From positions 1,634 to 65,633 of the forward strand of contig DIZZ01000281.1 of assembly GCA_002428045.1 (NCBI GenBank): a stretch of 64,000 nucleotides of DNA, in the 5' to 3' direction. The notes under the pieces are model-generated. The model saw only the letters and a program-made list of their open reading frames with translations, did no database searches and was not told the DNA's origin. The position numbers and the translations under genes are program-made. Of the stretch, positions 46,039 to 56,131 are shown piece after piece (position 1 is the first letter of the stretch; the number at the start of each line of letters is the position of its first letter). Source of the DNA: Verrucomicrobia bacterium UBA6015. Lineage in GTDB: Bacteria; Verrucomicrobiota; Kiritimatiellia; UBA8416.

Positions 46039-46556
46039 TGTTTGGCATGTTAATGGGGATTTCGATGCTGGTTGCCCTGCTGCTGCAGGCGCACTTGCCA
46101 GGAATCACGCTGTTGGGGGGGGCACGCTGGCCGGTATTGTGCAGCCTCGTGCTGTATTACGCCCTCAATCATCATGGGGTTGCCGGTGCGGTCTGTGCGT
46201 TTGCCTGCGGCCTGCTGATCGATTCATTGAGTCTGGTGCCGCTGGGGTATTCCGGTTTGCTCTTGTGTCTGATGGCCCTGTCCGCCGGTGCCTGTCGCAA
46301 GCATGTGCTCCCCGAAGCGATGGTGACGGCGTCTGTTTTCGGCGGATTAGGTGCCGGGCTCTATGCCTTGTTGCTTTATGCGATGCTTGCCAACCAAGGC
46401 GTGCAGGGGGTATCCCTGGGTGTCGTGGTCGCGCGGATTGCTGGCAGTGGGGTGCTCGGTGCCATCACGGCGCCACCGGTCTTTTTTGTGCTTGCGCGGT
46501 TGCATCGGGCGCTGGAGCTGGGAGATAAGGAGGCTCAACACCGTGTCAACGCGTGA
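46035..46556 (+). CDS. mreD: Rod-shape-determining protein MreD
   Basis: Polytopic hydrophobic 173-aa protein in the canonical position after mreC. Confidence 0.7.
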   Translation: MMFGMLMGISMLVALLLQAHLPGITLLGGARWPVLCSLVLYYALNHHGVAGAVCAFACGLLIDSLSLVPLGYSGLLLCLMALSAGACRKHVLPEAMVTASVFGGLGAGLYALLLYAMLANQGVQGVSLGVVVARIAGSGVLGAITAPPVFFVLARLHRALELGDKEAQHRVNA

Positions 46557-48378
46557 ACGAACCGACGTTATCCACCTGCGTATCCGCCTGTTGTTGACCG
46601 GGATGCTTCTCGCGTTTGGCTTGCTTTGCATCCATCTCTGGCGGATTCAAGTGCTGCGCAGCTCGGAGTTCAGTAGCAGTCTGGATCGCCAGAGCATCCG
46701 GCGGGTGCGGTTACCCGGAATCCGCGGCCGTATCTTCGATCGGGCCGGGCGTTGCCTGGCCGACAACCAGCCGCAGTATTGTCTGGCGATCTATACCGAG
46801 GAATTGCGTCAGCGGGGGCGCTGGTCGCGGACGATTGACAAGGTTGATGAAGTGGTGAACGAGATGTCGCAGATTCTGGGCATTCCGCGGCAGGTTACCA
46901 AGGATGATATTGCCCAGCACGTCCAGCGGCGTCTGCCTTTGCCGTTTCTGGCCTGGCGCGGTCTGGATGAGCGGGCGCTTGCCCGTTGGGCAGAGAATGA
47001 TCGAAGGGTGCCCGGCGTAGATGTCTATGTTGAACCGGTCCGGGTCTATCCCTTTGGTGCCAGCGCCGCTCATGTGATCGGGTATGTCGGACGTTCCAAT
47101 CCGTCCGCCAGCACGGAGGATAACCCATATCATTATTATTTGCCGGAGATGGAGGGGAAGGGGGGGGTTGAGAAAACGGCGGATGGGCGATTACGGGGAC
47201 GTGCCGGAGGGCGTCTGATCCGCGTTGATGCCTCCGGGTTCAAGCATGACGAGACCGGGGATCTTCAACCGAACTCGGGGCAGGATGTCAGGCTGACGCT
47301 GGATATCGAGGTTCAAGGCATGGCCGAGGAGATCCTGGGCGAGAGACTGGGGGCTGTCGTCGTGCTGGATCCTCGGAATGGCGATGTCCTCGCCCTAGCC
47401 AGTACGCCGCGTTTTGATGTCACCGCCCTGCAATCGCAGAAGGCGTGGCAGGCACTGCTCGCGGACACTCGACGTCCCCTGATGAACCGGGCGATTGCGG
47501 GGCAGTATCCCCCCGGCAGTATATTCAAGCCCCTCGTGGCGCTGACGGCGCTGATCAGCGGTCGCGTGAATTCCTCGACCGTGATCTCTTGTACCGGGGT
47601 ACATACCATCGGGCGGCATGAGATCAACTGCTGGTCCAAGCGCGGGCATGGGGATCTTTCAATGCGCAAGGCGCTAGAGCAATCCTGCAACCCATTTTTT
47701 ATCGAATGCGGGTTACGTTCCGAATACCGGCGGCTTTATCACATGGCCGACTCCGTGGGTTTTGGCCGTCGCACCGGTATTGAACTGGAGGGCGAGGCGA
47801 CGGGGCTGTTGCCGGATGACGAGTGGAAGCGTCGGGAGCGTCGGGATGCCTGGCGTCCTGGCGATACGGCCAATGTATCGATCGGGCAAGGGGCGCTACT
47901 GGTGACCCCCCTGCAAATGGCCATGTTCACAGGAGCACTGGCCAATGGTGGGGGTGTCTATCGCCCGCGCCTGTGGCATGGCGAGGTGCAACGCGGCGAG
48001 CTTTTGCAGCAGATGGCGTGGGGCGCGGAGGATCTCGATCTGGTTCGCGGCGGAATGCATGATGTCATCCACGCCGAGACAGGGACGGGGAAGCGGGCGC
48101 TCGTTGACGGGGTCGTCATGGCGGGAAAAACGGGTACGGCGCAGTATGGCAACGGGTTGAAACATGCGTGGATGATTCTTTTCGCGCCGTTTGAATCCCC
48201 TCGCTATGCCGTGGCGATGGTGGTTGAGAATGCGGTTTCGGGAGGCATTACGGTGGCCCCGCTCATGCGGGAACTGATGCAGCGGATCCTGATTCGTGAC
48301 GGGGTGCTTTTGCCGGTGCCTGGAGAGCCGGGTGGAATGGATCTTGAATTGATCGAGGGCGAGGCCGATGCGGGATAA
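46543..48378 (+). CDS. mrdA: Penicillin-binding protein 2 (elongasome transpeptidase)
   Basis: GTG start preceded by AAGGAGG, overlapping the mreD stop. Dimerisation domain and transpeptidase motifs (SIFK, SCN, KTGT). Confidence 0.85.
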   Translation: MSTRERTDVIHLRIRLLLTGMLLAFGLLCIHLWRIQVLRSSEFSSSLDRQSIRRVRLPGIRGRIFDRAGRCLADNQPQYCLAIYTEELRQRGRWSRTIDKVDEVVNEMSQILGIPRQVTKDDIAQHVQRRLPLPFLAWRGLDERALARWAENDRRVPGVDVYVEPVRVYPFGASAAHVIGYVGRSNPSASTEDNPYHYYLPEMEGKGGVEKTADGRLRGRAGGRLIRVDASGFKHDETGDLQPNSGQDVRLTLDIEVQGMAEEILGERLGAVVVLDPRNGDVLALASTPRFDVTALQSQKAWQALLADTRRPLMNRAIAGQYPPGSIFKPLVALTALISGRVNSSTVISCTGVHTIGRHEINCWSKRGHGDLSMRKALEQSCNPFFIECGLRSEYRRLYHMADSVGFGRRTGIELEGEATGLLPDDEWKRRERRDAWRPGDTANVSIGQGALLVTPLQMAMFTGALANGGGVYRPRLWHGEVQRGELLQQMAWGAEDLDLVRGGMHDVIHAETGTGKRALVDGVVMAGKTGTAQYGNGLKHAWMILFAPFESPRYAVAMVVENAVSGGITVAPLMRELMQRILIRDGVLLPVPGEPGGMDLELIEGEADAG

Positions 48379-49570
48379 ACTCATAGCAGGATGGGCGTTG
48401 TTTCGTAAATCCAACTGGCTGCTGACTGCGGTGGTTGCGGCCTTGCTGCTGCTTGGTGTCCTGTTCGTCTACAGCGCCTGCTACATCAGCGAGGAGCATG
48501 AGGTCAAGCCGTTGTATCTGAAGCAGTTGCTGTGGGTCGCGATGGGGGCGTTTTGTTATGTTTCCTTTGCCATCATGGATTTTCACCAACTCAAGAAATA
48601 CATGTGGGGCATCTATGTTGGCTCCCTCGCCTTGTTGGTAATGGTTCTCTTGTTTGGCCAGACGATTTACGGAGCCAGGCGTTGGTTGCTGTTTTTCGGT
48701 AATCTTATCAGTATCCAGCCGTCGGAGTTTGCCAAGTTATCCACGATTGTACTACTGGCTGGGCGGCTTGGCGATCCGGGGGTGCAGGTGCATCGACCGG
48801 CGGAAATCGTGAGAACGCTGCTTTTGATGGCACTGCCGGCGGGGTTGATCATGATGCAGCCGGACCTGGGCACGGCCATGGTGTTTGTGCCTGCGTCGTT
48901 GGTGCTGATGTTTGTGGCCGGAGTGCCATTTCGGTATGTCGGGGGGTTGGTCGGTGCGGGGGTTTGCATGGTGGCGTTCGTGCTGACCACCATGTACCTG
49001 CCTGCCAAGCTGGGGGCTGGTGAACCACTGCAGGAGCGGATCGCCTCGATGTCGGGGCTGACGGATTACCAGCGAGGCCGGATCGAAGTCTTCTTTAATC
49101 CGGCCAAGGATCCGCTCGGTGCCGGGTGGAACAAGCGGCAATCGGAAATTGCCGTAGGTTCCGGGGGATTGCGAGGGAAGGGGTATTTGCGGGGAATTCA
49201 GAATATCCTGGGCTTCCTGCCACGTTCCGTGGCACCGACGGACTTCATCTATTCGGTGATTGCCGAGGAAACGGGGTTCATGGGGTCGGTGGTCGTGCTG
49301 CTGCTTTTCTCCTCCGTGATTACGTTGGGGATGCTGATTGCACTGCGCACGCTGGATCCGTTCGGTCGGCTGCTGTGCGCAGGGGTGACGGTGATGTTTT
49401 TCTTTCATGTGTTCATCAATGTGGCAATGACGGTCGGGCTCATGCCCATCACGGGAATACCATTGCCGCTGCTGAGCTATGGGGGGTCGTTTATGATCGT
49501 TATGATGTCGTCGCTCGGCATCATGCAAAGTGTGTATATCCGGTGTGATCGGCGGGCGTCCTATCAGTAG
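48368..49570 (+). CDS. rodA: Peptidoglycan glycosyltransferase RodA (SEDS family)
   Basis: Ten TM segments with the SEDS conserved region (GDPGVQVHRPAE...QPDLGTA), overlapping the mrdA stop. Confidence 0.85.
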   Translation: MRDKLIAGWALFRKSNWLLTAVVAALLLLGVLFVYSACYISEEHEVKPLYLKQLLWVAMGAFCYVSFAIMDFHQLKKYMWGIYVGSLALLVMVLLFGQTIYGARRWLLFFGNLISIQPSEFAKLSTIVLLAGRLGDPGVQVHRPAEIVRTLLLMALPAGLIMMQPDLGTAMVFVPASLVLMFVAGVPFRYVGGLVGAGVCMVAFVLTTMYLPAKLGAGEPLQERIASMSGLTDYQRGRIEVFFNPAKDPLGAGWNKRQSEIAVGSGGLRGKGYLRGIQNILGFLPRSVAPTDFIYSVIAEETGFMGSVVVLLLFSSVITLGMLIALRTLDPFGRLLCAGVTVMFFFHVFINVAMTVGLMPITGIPLPLLSYGGSFMIVMMSSLGIMQSVYIRCDRRASYQ

Positions 49571-49600
49571 CCGGATATTTTTGAAGGGAAGGGGAACGTT

Positions 49601-51214
49601 ATGTTTGGTTTTTTGTTTGGAAATAAAGCGAAACGCGAGAAGCGTGAAATTGTCATTAATGCAGAGTACCTCGAAACGCGGGTAGCGGTGCTGGAGAATG
49701 GGGTGCTCGATGAGTTCCATGTCGAGCATCCGACGGAACAGCGCATCGTTGGCAGCATATTCAAGGGCAAGATCCAGAATCTTGAGAATGAACTGCAAGC
49801 CGCCTTTGTCGATATCGGCATGCAGAAGAATGCCTTCCTGCATTACTGGGACATGATCCCGGATGATGCGGCCCGTCTCGCGGCCGAGGAGGGAGGGAGC
49901 GGGGATGCCGTTGCCGCCGCCAAGCCCGGACGGAACCAGCCCCGGCGCAAGCGGTTTTCGAATGAGGAGATCGCCAAGCGTTTTCCTCCAGGATCGGAGA
50001 TCGTGGTGCAGGTGACCAAGGCGGCGATCGGCACCAAGGGCCCGCGGGTGACGGCCAGCCTCAGCATTCCCGGGCGTTATCTGGTGCTGATGCCGGGATC
50101 GACAATGACCGGGGTGTCCCGCAAGATCGCGGATGCCAGTGAGCGGCAGCGCCTGAAGAAGATTCTCGAACGCCTGCCATTGCCTGCCGATTGCGGGCTG
50201 ATTGTGCGCACGGTTGCCGCCGATGCGAGCAAGCGCAGCTTTGTGCGCGATTTGCGCGGTTTAGCCGTATCATGGCATGAATTGCAACGTGTCATGGCCG
50301 AGACCCCGGCCCCGTGCTGCCTGTATCAGGAACCCGATCTGGTCGAACGGGTGGTACGCGACAGTCTGACCGATGATATTGACCGCATCATCGTGGATGA
50401 CCGCGAGAAGTTTGAACGGTTGCGCGTGGTCGCCTCCGAAATCTCGCGACGGGCGAAGGCGAAGATCCAGTTGTATGAAGGCGATATGCCGCTTTTGGAG
50501 CATTATGATGTCGAGCGGCAGGTCGAGCAGGCGTTTCGGCGTCAGGTTCCTCTCAAATCCGGCGGATGTCTTGTGATTGACGAGACCGAGGCGATGATCG
50601 CGATCGATGTCAACACCGGGCGCCACAAGGGCAAGGGAAGCCAGGAGGAGGTCATCCTCGAGGTGAACCTGGAGGCCGTTGATGAAGTGGCCCGGCAGAT
50701 GCGCTTGAGGAATATCGGCGGGCTGGTCGTGATCGACCTGATCGATATGAAGTCGCGCAAGCATCAGGCGACGGTTTTCCGGGCGATGAAAACCGCCTTG
50801 AAGAAGGATCGGGCGCGGACCAATGTGCTTCCGATTTCGGAACTCGGGCTCATGGAGATGACCCGGCAGCGCGTCGAGGAAAGCCTGCTGTCATCCACGG
50901 TGGTCGATTGCCCGTATTGTCATGGACGCGGAAACGTCCGCTCGGCCTTGGGTATCAGCGTGGAAATTCAACGGCAGCTCGCTGCCGTGCTGCGTCGGTT
51001 CCGGGGTAAGAATGTGATCCCGAACCTGCAGGTGGTTGTTCATCCGACCGTGCTTGACCGGTTGCGCCGTGAGGACGAGGCATTCCTGGTTGAACTGGAG
51101 AAGCGCTGCAACGGGCGGTTGGTCTTCCGTTCCGATCCGTCCAGGCATGTTGAGTTCTTTGCCATCCTCAATGCCGATGGCGGCGAAATCCTGTACTCAC
51201 GCAAAGAGTCGTAG
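49601..51214 (+). CDS. rng: Ribonuclease G/E-family endoribonuclease
   Basis: S1 domain (GSIFKGKIQNLENELQAAFVDIG), the DNase-I-like region (IDVNTGRH), and the Zn-link CPYCHGRG. Confidence 0.8.
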   Translation: MFGFLFGNKAKREKREIVINAEYLETRVAVLENGVLDEFHVEHPTEQRIVGSIFKGKIQNLENELQAAFVDIGMQKNAFLHYWDMIPDDAARLAAEEGGSGDAVAAAKPGRNQPRRKRFSNEEIAKRFPPGSEIVVQVTKAAIGTKGPRVTASLSIPGRYLVLMPGSTMTGVSRKIADASERQRLKKILERLPLPADCGLIVRTVAADASKRSFVRDLRGLAVSWHELQRVMAETPAPCCLYQEPDLVERVVRDSLTDDIDRIIVDDREKFERLRVVASEISRRAKAKIQLYEGDMPLLEHYDVERQVEQAFRRQVPLKSGGCLVIDETEAMIAIDVNTGRHKGKGSQEEVILEVNLEAVDEVARQMRLRNIGGLVVIDLIDMKSRKHQATVFRAMKTALKKDRARTNVLPISELGLMEMTRQRVEESLLSSTVVDCPYCHGRGNVRSALGISVEIQRQLAAVLRRFRGKNVIPNLQVVVHPTVLDRLRREDEAFLVELEKRCNGRLVFRSDPSRHVEFFAILNADGGEILYSRKES

Positions 51215-51269
51215 GCGAAGATGCCGTGCTATATGTCCGTAAGTGACCATGAATGATGGGGGTTAGAAT

Positions 51270-53429
51270 ATGCAGTTCAATCGTCTTTGCCAAACCGTTT
51301 GCTGCCTGCTGCTTGTGGTGACAGGTGTTGTTGATGCACAGGGGCAAGTGGCTCCCGCCCGGGATACATCCTTTGCGTTGTCGAATGAGAATTCACCGAT
51401 CGAGGCCAATGCCGATGGGGCCTTGGAGTATGACAAGATCAATGGGCGCATCACGGCCACAAGTAATGTCGTCATTACCTGCGGACGTGACATCCTCTAT
51501 GCCGACCGGGTACTGGTGGAAACGCACAGTGGTGATGCATATGCCCTGGGCAATGTGGTTCTGAAGCGGGGGGGCGAGGAAATCCGTGCAGCCAAGCTGC
51601 ATTATAATTTCCGGACCCGGGTGTCGAATCTAGATAACCCTTCCGTGGATTCGGATCCGTTTCATGTGCAAGCCGATACCATTACCCGTACGGATGACAA
51701 CCAGTATGAGATCCATAACGCAAAGGTGACGACCTGTGTTTATCCTCACCCGCATAGCCACTACCATGTCAGGGCCCATAATATCACACTGGTTCCGAAT
51801 CAGTATATGAAATCCTGGCATGCGGTCTGGTATCTTGGGTCGGTCCCCTGCTTTTATCTGCCCTACTGGAAAGTGCGCCTGGATGAACCCTCCGCCTGGC
51901 GATTCTATCCTGGGTATCGCAGCCGTTGGGGGGCCTATCTGCTGACCTCCTACCGCCAGCGGCTTTCGCCCCAGTTACGTTCCGAACATCATGTCGATTA
52001 CCGCACGGAGCGGGGATTTGCAATCGGTGAGGATCTGCGCTGGAATGTGGAGCAAGGCAACGGCGACCTGAGTCTCTACTTCCTAGATGATCAGGAGCCC
52101 TATGCCGATGATCGTGCGATGGATGCCGAGGATGTTGAGTCGCAGCGGTATCGCCTGCGGCTGCGGCACGCACATGGGCTTGATGAGCGGACGCGATTGC
52201 TGACGCAAGCCAACTATCTGAGCGATGCCACCGTGTTGAGCGACTTCTATGAGCGCGAATACCGCCAGTCGCGGCAACCTGAGAACTACGTGTCGGTTTC
52301 CCATCGGCGCGATGCCTTCACGTTGACGGTGCTGGCAAATGCACGGCTGAATGATTTCTATTCCAATGTGAATCGCCTGCCTGAAGTATCGCTCAATGTA
52401 TTCCGTCTCCAGTTGGGCGACAGCTCCGTCTATTATGAAAGCCAAACCGCTGCGGCAAACCTGGAGCGGGTGTGGCCGGAAGACGGAACCAACACGGAGT
52501 ACTCGGCATTCCGCGTGGATACCTCGCACATGGTCTACCAGCCGCGCCGGTTGGATGGCTGGCTGAATGTGATTCCGCGGGCAGGCTACCGGGGGACTTA
52601 TTATTCCGAATCGATAGACCTGATGTTGATTAACACACAGATTGTGCAGCAGGCTAGCGGGGCATTGCTGCGTAATGCGTTTGAGGTCGGTTCAGAAGTC
52701 TCCTACAAGGCACTCAAGCTGCTGGTGGCAGGGGATGACGGGTTGGCCCCCTGGCGACATGTCGTGGAGCCGTACGCTGACTATTCCCTTCGGTTTGAAC
52801 CGAATGCGTTGCCCGAGGATCTATACCAGTTTGATTCGGTGGATACGCTGGATGAGCTGCACCAGCTCCGGGTTGGGGTACGCAATAAATTCCAGACCAA
52901 GCGTGACGGCTCCACGGTGGATGCGGCGGATGTCGACCTGTATACGAAGCTCCGGCTCAATCCTGAGGGTGAGAAGGAGTTCTTCGATCTGGTCTCGCTA
53001 GATTCCGAATTTCATCCGGCAACGTGGATCCAGCTTGATGTGGACGGCGACTACAGCACTCAGGATTCGGTGCTGCAGCGGCTCAATACGCGGTTCACGA
53101 TTGAACAGGAAAAATTCTGGGAGGTCGGGGTTGAGCATCGCTATCGTGACAAGGAGAGCAATCTGCTGGCGGCGGATGTGACGATATATCCGAACCTCGA
53201 GTGGGCATTCAACTTGTTTGGCCGGTACGAGTTTGAGGGGAGTCGCGTGGAAGAGCAGGGGGGCTATGTTCAGCGTAACCTCGATTGTCTCTCGATTCGC
53301 ATGGGTGGGAGCGTCCTGCCCGGATATACCCGCACGGATGGCTCCGAGCGGGATGATGACTACCGGGTTCTGCTGGAAATATGGTTGACCGCGTTTCCTG
53401 AGATGGGTATCGGGTCCAATCAACGTTAA
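51270..53429 (+). CDS. lptD: LPS-assembly outer-membrane protein LptD-like
   Basis: Signal peptide, an N-terminal OstA-like beta-jellyroll (ADGALEYDKINGRITATSNVVITCGRDILYADRVL), and a large C-terminal beta-barrel. Confidence 0.7.
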   Translation: MQFNRLCQTVCCLLLVVTGVVDAQGQVAPARDTSFALSNENSPIEANADGALEYDKINGRITATSNVVITCGRDILYADRVLVETHSGDAYALGNVVLKRGGEEIRAAKLHYNFRTRVSNLDNPSVDSDPFHVQADTITRTDDNQYEIHNAKVTTCVYPHPHSHYHVRAHNITLVPNQYMKSWHAVWYLGSVPCFYLPYWKVRLDEPSAWRFYPGYRSRWGAYLLTSYRQRLSPQLRSEHHVDYRTERGFAIGEDLRWNVEQGNGDLSLYFLDDQEPYADDRAMDAEDVESQRYRLRLRHAHGLDERTRLLTQANYLSDATVLSDFYEREYRQSRQPENYVSVSHRRDAFTLTVLANARLNDFYSNVNRLPEVSLNVFRLQLGDSSVYYESQTAAANLERVWPEDGTNTEYSAFRVDTSHMVYQPRRLDGWLNVIPRAGYRGTYYSESIDLMLINTQIVQQASGALLRNAFEVGSEVSYKALKLLVAGDDGLAPWRHVVEPYADYSLRFEPNALPEDLYQFDSVDTLDELHQLRVGVRNKFQTKRDGSTVDAADVDLYTKLRLNPEGEKEFFDLVSLDSEFHPATWIQLDVDGDYSTQDSVLQRLNTRFTIEQEKFWEVGVEHRYRDKESNLLAADVTIYPNLEWAFNLFGRYEFEGSRVEEQGGYVQRNLDCLSIRMGGSVLPGYTRTDGSERDDDYRVLLEIWLTAFPEMGIGSNQR

Positions 53430-53441
53430 CCGAGGTGTCTC

Positions 53442-55679
53442 GTGAAATCGTTCCCGCTTCCAGATGATCCCTTGCTTTTCGGTGCATCCTCGCTCGCTGG
53501 CGTGACGGCCATCGAGCCGTGTGGCGATCGTCAGGTGGTCATGTTCTGCGGCGAGGGGGATACCCGTCGAGAGGTCATGACGGATTTCAATCCGTTTATC
53601 CTGATGACCTCTGCGCTGGCGGCGGAATGTCCGGTCGAGACGACCGATGTCAACGTGATGCAGGGCAGCTTCCCGCTGGATCGACTGTTGTTTTTCAGCG
53701 GGATGGCGAAATTCCAGGAAGCGCGCCGCTGGCTGGATTCCAAGTGTCCGCAGAAACAGGGGGATCCCATGGCACCGTACGTGGTGATCAAGGATCCCGT
53801 CCAGCAGTTTTTGCTGCAGCGCGGCGTGACCCTGTTCAAGGGGATGGCCTTTGGGGATGTGCGCCGGATGCAGGTGGATATCGAGTGCATCACCACGCCG
53901 GGATACGACTTTTGCAATGCCGAGCGTGAAGGGGATCGGATCGTGGCGATCGCCATGGCAGATCAGACCGGATGGGTCGAGGTGCTCAACGGCGCGACGC
54001 TGGATGAGCGCGGGCTGCTGGAACGGTTTGTGTCGATCGTTCGGGAGCGTGACCCGGATGTGATCGAAGGCCACAATCTTTATAATTTTGATCTGCCCTA
54101 TATCGCCACGCGGGCACAGCGGTATCGCGTGGCCTTGGCAATCGGGCGCGACGGCAGCGAGCCGGTGCAACGTCCCAGCCGATTCAGCGCGGGTGAGCGG
54201 ACGGTTAACTACACGCGGTTTGATATTTATGGTCGGCATGTGATCGATACGATGTTTCTCGCTCAATCCTACGATGTCTCGCACCGCTCGCTGGATAGCT
54301 ATGGCCTCAAATCGGTAGCCGTCCATTTCGGGGTGGCTGCACCGGATCGTACCTATCTGGCGGGAGGGGATATCAGCCATGTATTTGCCAGTGATCCGGA
54401 TCGCCTGGTGGACTATGTGCGGGATGATGTAACCGAGACGCGCAGCGTGAGTGACCTACTCTCGCGTAGCAGCTTTGCGCAGGCGCAGATGCTGCCGTTC
54501 TCGTATCAGGATATCGCCTTGCGCGGCAACGCTGTCAAGATCGATGCGCTGCTGCTGCGTGAGTATCTGCGCCTGGGGCGTTCGCTTCCGCAGCCCTCGG
54601 TTGGGCGCCCGTTCGGCGGTGGATATACCGATCTGTTCATGGAAGGGCTTATCCGTAATGTGCATCATTGCGATGTACGTTCGCTCTATCCCTCGCTGAT
54701 GCTGGCGCATCAACTGGCCCCTTCAACCGATGCCGCTGGCGTGTTCCTGTGCTTGCTGGATACGTTGCGGCGGTTCCGGTTGGAGGCGAAGGCGGCGATG
54801 CGGGAGGCGGCAACGGGAACTGAAAAAATGGAACTGGATGCGTTGCAGTCGACGTTTAAGATCCTGATCAATTCCTTTTACGGCTACCTCGGCTTTTCGC
54901 AGGCTCGCTTTAATGACTTTGATGCCGCTGATCGCATCACGCGCGAAGGTCGGGAGCTGCTGACGTCGATGGTCATGTGGCTTGAGGAGCACGGCGCAAA
55001 GCCGGTGGAGATCGATACCGACGGGATCTACTATGTGCCGCCGCCGGAAACGGCGGATCCGGTGCGCCAAGATGCATTCCGCAAGGCGTTTGCTATGTAC
55101 CTGCCGACAGGGATCGAGATCGAATTCGATGGTGAGTATGCCGCCATGTTCAGCTACAAGATGAAGAATTATGCCTTGCTGCAGCATGACGGGGAAATGA
55201 TTGTCAAGGGGGCTGCGCTCAAGTCGCGCGGGCTTGAGCCGTTCCAGCGCGATTTCATGCGGCGTTTTCTCCGTCTGCGGCTGGAGGGGCGCGAAAAGGA
55301 ACTGCCACGCCTCAAGGAGGAGTTCAGCAGCGCCTTGACCGGGCGGACCTTGCCGATCAGTGCCCTGGCAAAGTCCGAGACGCTCTCGGATTCGCTGACC
55401 GTCTATGTGCGCAAGCGCGATAAGGAGGGGGCTGCCAAGCGGGCGGCCTACGAGTTGGCGCTCACGGCGAAGCGGGAGTACCGTACCGGGGATCAGGTGG
55501 CCTTTTATGTGACGGGGACACGCAAGAATGTGGCGATCCATGAGAGCTGCAAACTGGCGGCGGACTGGGATCCGCAACATCGCGACGAGAATGTGGCCTA
55601 CTATCTGGCGAAGCTGGATGGACTATACGAGAAACTGGGCGGGCCAGCGGAAACGTCACGGCAGGGCGAGTTGTTTTGA
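53442..55679 (+). CDS. polB: Family B DNA polymerase (Pol II-like) with 3'-5' exonuclease domain
   Basis: Exo I VDIE, Exo II YNFDLPY. Pol motif A DVRSLYPSL, motif B KILINSFYGYLG, motif C EIDTDGIYY. Confidence 0.8.
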   Translation: MKSFPLPDDPLLFGASSLAGVTAIEPCGDRQVVMFCGEGDTRREVMTDFNPFILMTSALAAECPVETTDVNVMQGSFPLDRLLFFSGMAKFQEARRWLDSKCPQKQGDPMAPYVVIKDPVQQFLLQRGVTLFKGMAFGDVRRMQVDIECITTPGYDFCNAEREGDRIVAIAMADQTGWVEVLNGATLDERGLLERFVSIVRERDPDVIEGHNLYNFDLPYIATRAQRYRVALAIGRDGSEPVQRPSRFSAGERTVNYTRFDIYGRHVIDTMFLAQSYDVSHRSLDSYGLKSVAVHFGVAAPDRTYLAGGDISHVFASDPDRLVDYVRDDVTETRSVSDLLSRSSFAQAQMLPFSYQDIALRGNAVKIDALLLREYLRLGRSLPQPSVGRPFGGGYTDLFMEGLIRNVHHCDVRSLYPSLMLAHQLAPSTDAAGVFLCLLDTLRRFRLEAKAAMREAATGTEKMELDALQSTFKILINSFYGYLGFSQARFNDFDAADRITREGRELLTSMVMWLEEHGAKPVEIDTDGIYYVPPPETADPVRQDAFRKAFAMYLPTGIEIEFDGEYAAMFSYKMKNYALLQHDGEMIVKGAALKSRGLEPFQRDFMRRFLRLRLEGREKELPRLKEEFSSALTGRTLPISALAKSETLSDSLTVYVRKRDKEGAAKRAAYELALTAKREYRTGDQVAFYVTGTRKNVAIHESCKLAADWDPQHRDENVAYYLAKLDGLYEKLGGPAETSRQGELF

Positions 55680-55693
55680 GAGGAGTGTGCAGG

Positions 55694-56131
55694 ATGCGAA
55701 CGCATGGACAGGACGGGTTCACGTTGATGGAGCTTCTGGTGGTCATCCTGATCATCACGATCCTCGGGTCGGTGGTCGGCGTCAAGCTGGTGGGCAAACC
55801 GCACGAAGCCAGATATGCCGCCGCCGTGGCGCAGTTGAAGAATTTCGAGACGGCGCTGAAGCTGTACCAGATGGATAACGGGGGGTACCCGACGCAGCGG
55901 CAAGGCTTGCAGGCCTTGGTGCGTCCGGCAACACTCGATCCGAAACCGCGCAAATTCCCGCCGGATGGCTATCTTGAAAAATCTGAATTACCGATTGATC
56001 CATGGAAAAACCCCTATGTGTACCTCATTCCGGGGTCCAATGGGGAACCGTACGAGATTCTTTCCTACGGGCGTGACGGCAATCCCGGGGGCGAGGGTGA
56101 GGATGCCGACGTGTCCACATCATCGCACTGA
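55694..56131 (+). CDS. gspG: Type II secretion pseudopilin GspG-like (prepilin-type N-terminal methylation domain)
   Basis: QDG|FTLMELLVVILII prepilin cleavage/methylation motif, and the GspG-like C-terminus DPWKNPYVY...YGRDGNPGGEGEDADV. RBS GAGAGGAG. It starts 15 nt after the polB stop. Confidence 0.7.
   Translation: MRTHGQDGFTLMELLVVILIITILGSVVGVKLVGKPHEARYAAAVAQLKNFETALKLYQMDNGGYPTQRQGLQALVRPATLDPKPRKFPPDGYLEKSELPIDPWKNPYVYLIPGSNGEPYEILSYGRDGNPGGEGEDADVSTSSH

Noticed and set aside
46351-46542. Long N-terminal extension of mrdA from the track's upstream ATG at 46351
   Set aside because: It would overlap almost all of mreD in another frame. A GTG at ~46543 with a perfect AAGGAGG 9 nt upstream gives a PBP2 N-terminus (cytoplasmic tail then TM helix) of normal length.
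53442-56131. polB as part of a self-replicating mobile element (pipolin/casposon-like)
   Set aside because: No integrase, Cas1, terminal inverted repeats or direct-repeat flanks seen. Neighbours are core genes (rng, lptD, tatD) in the same orientation.
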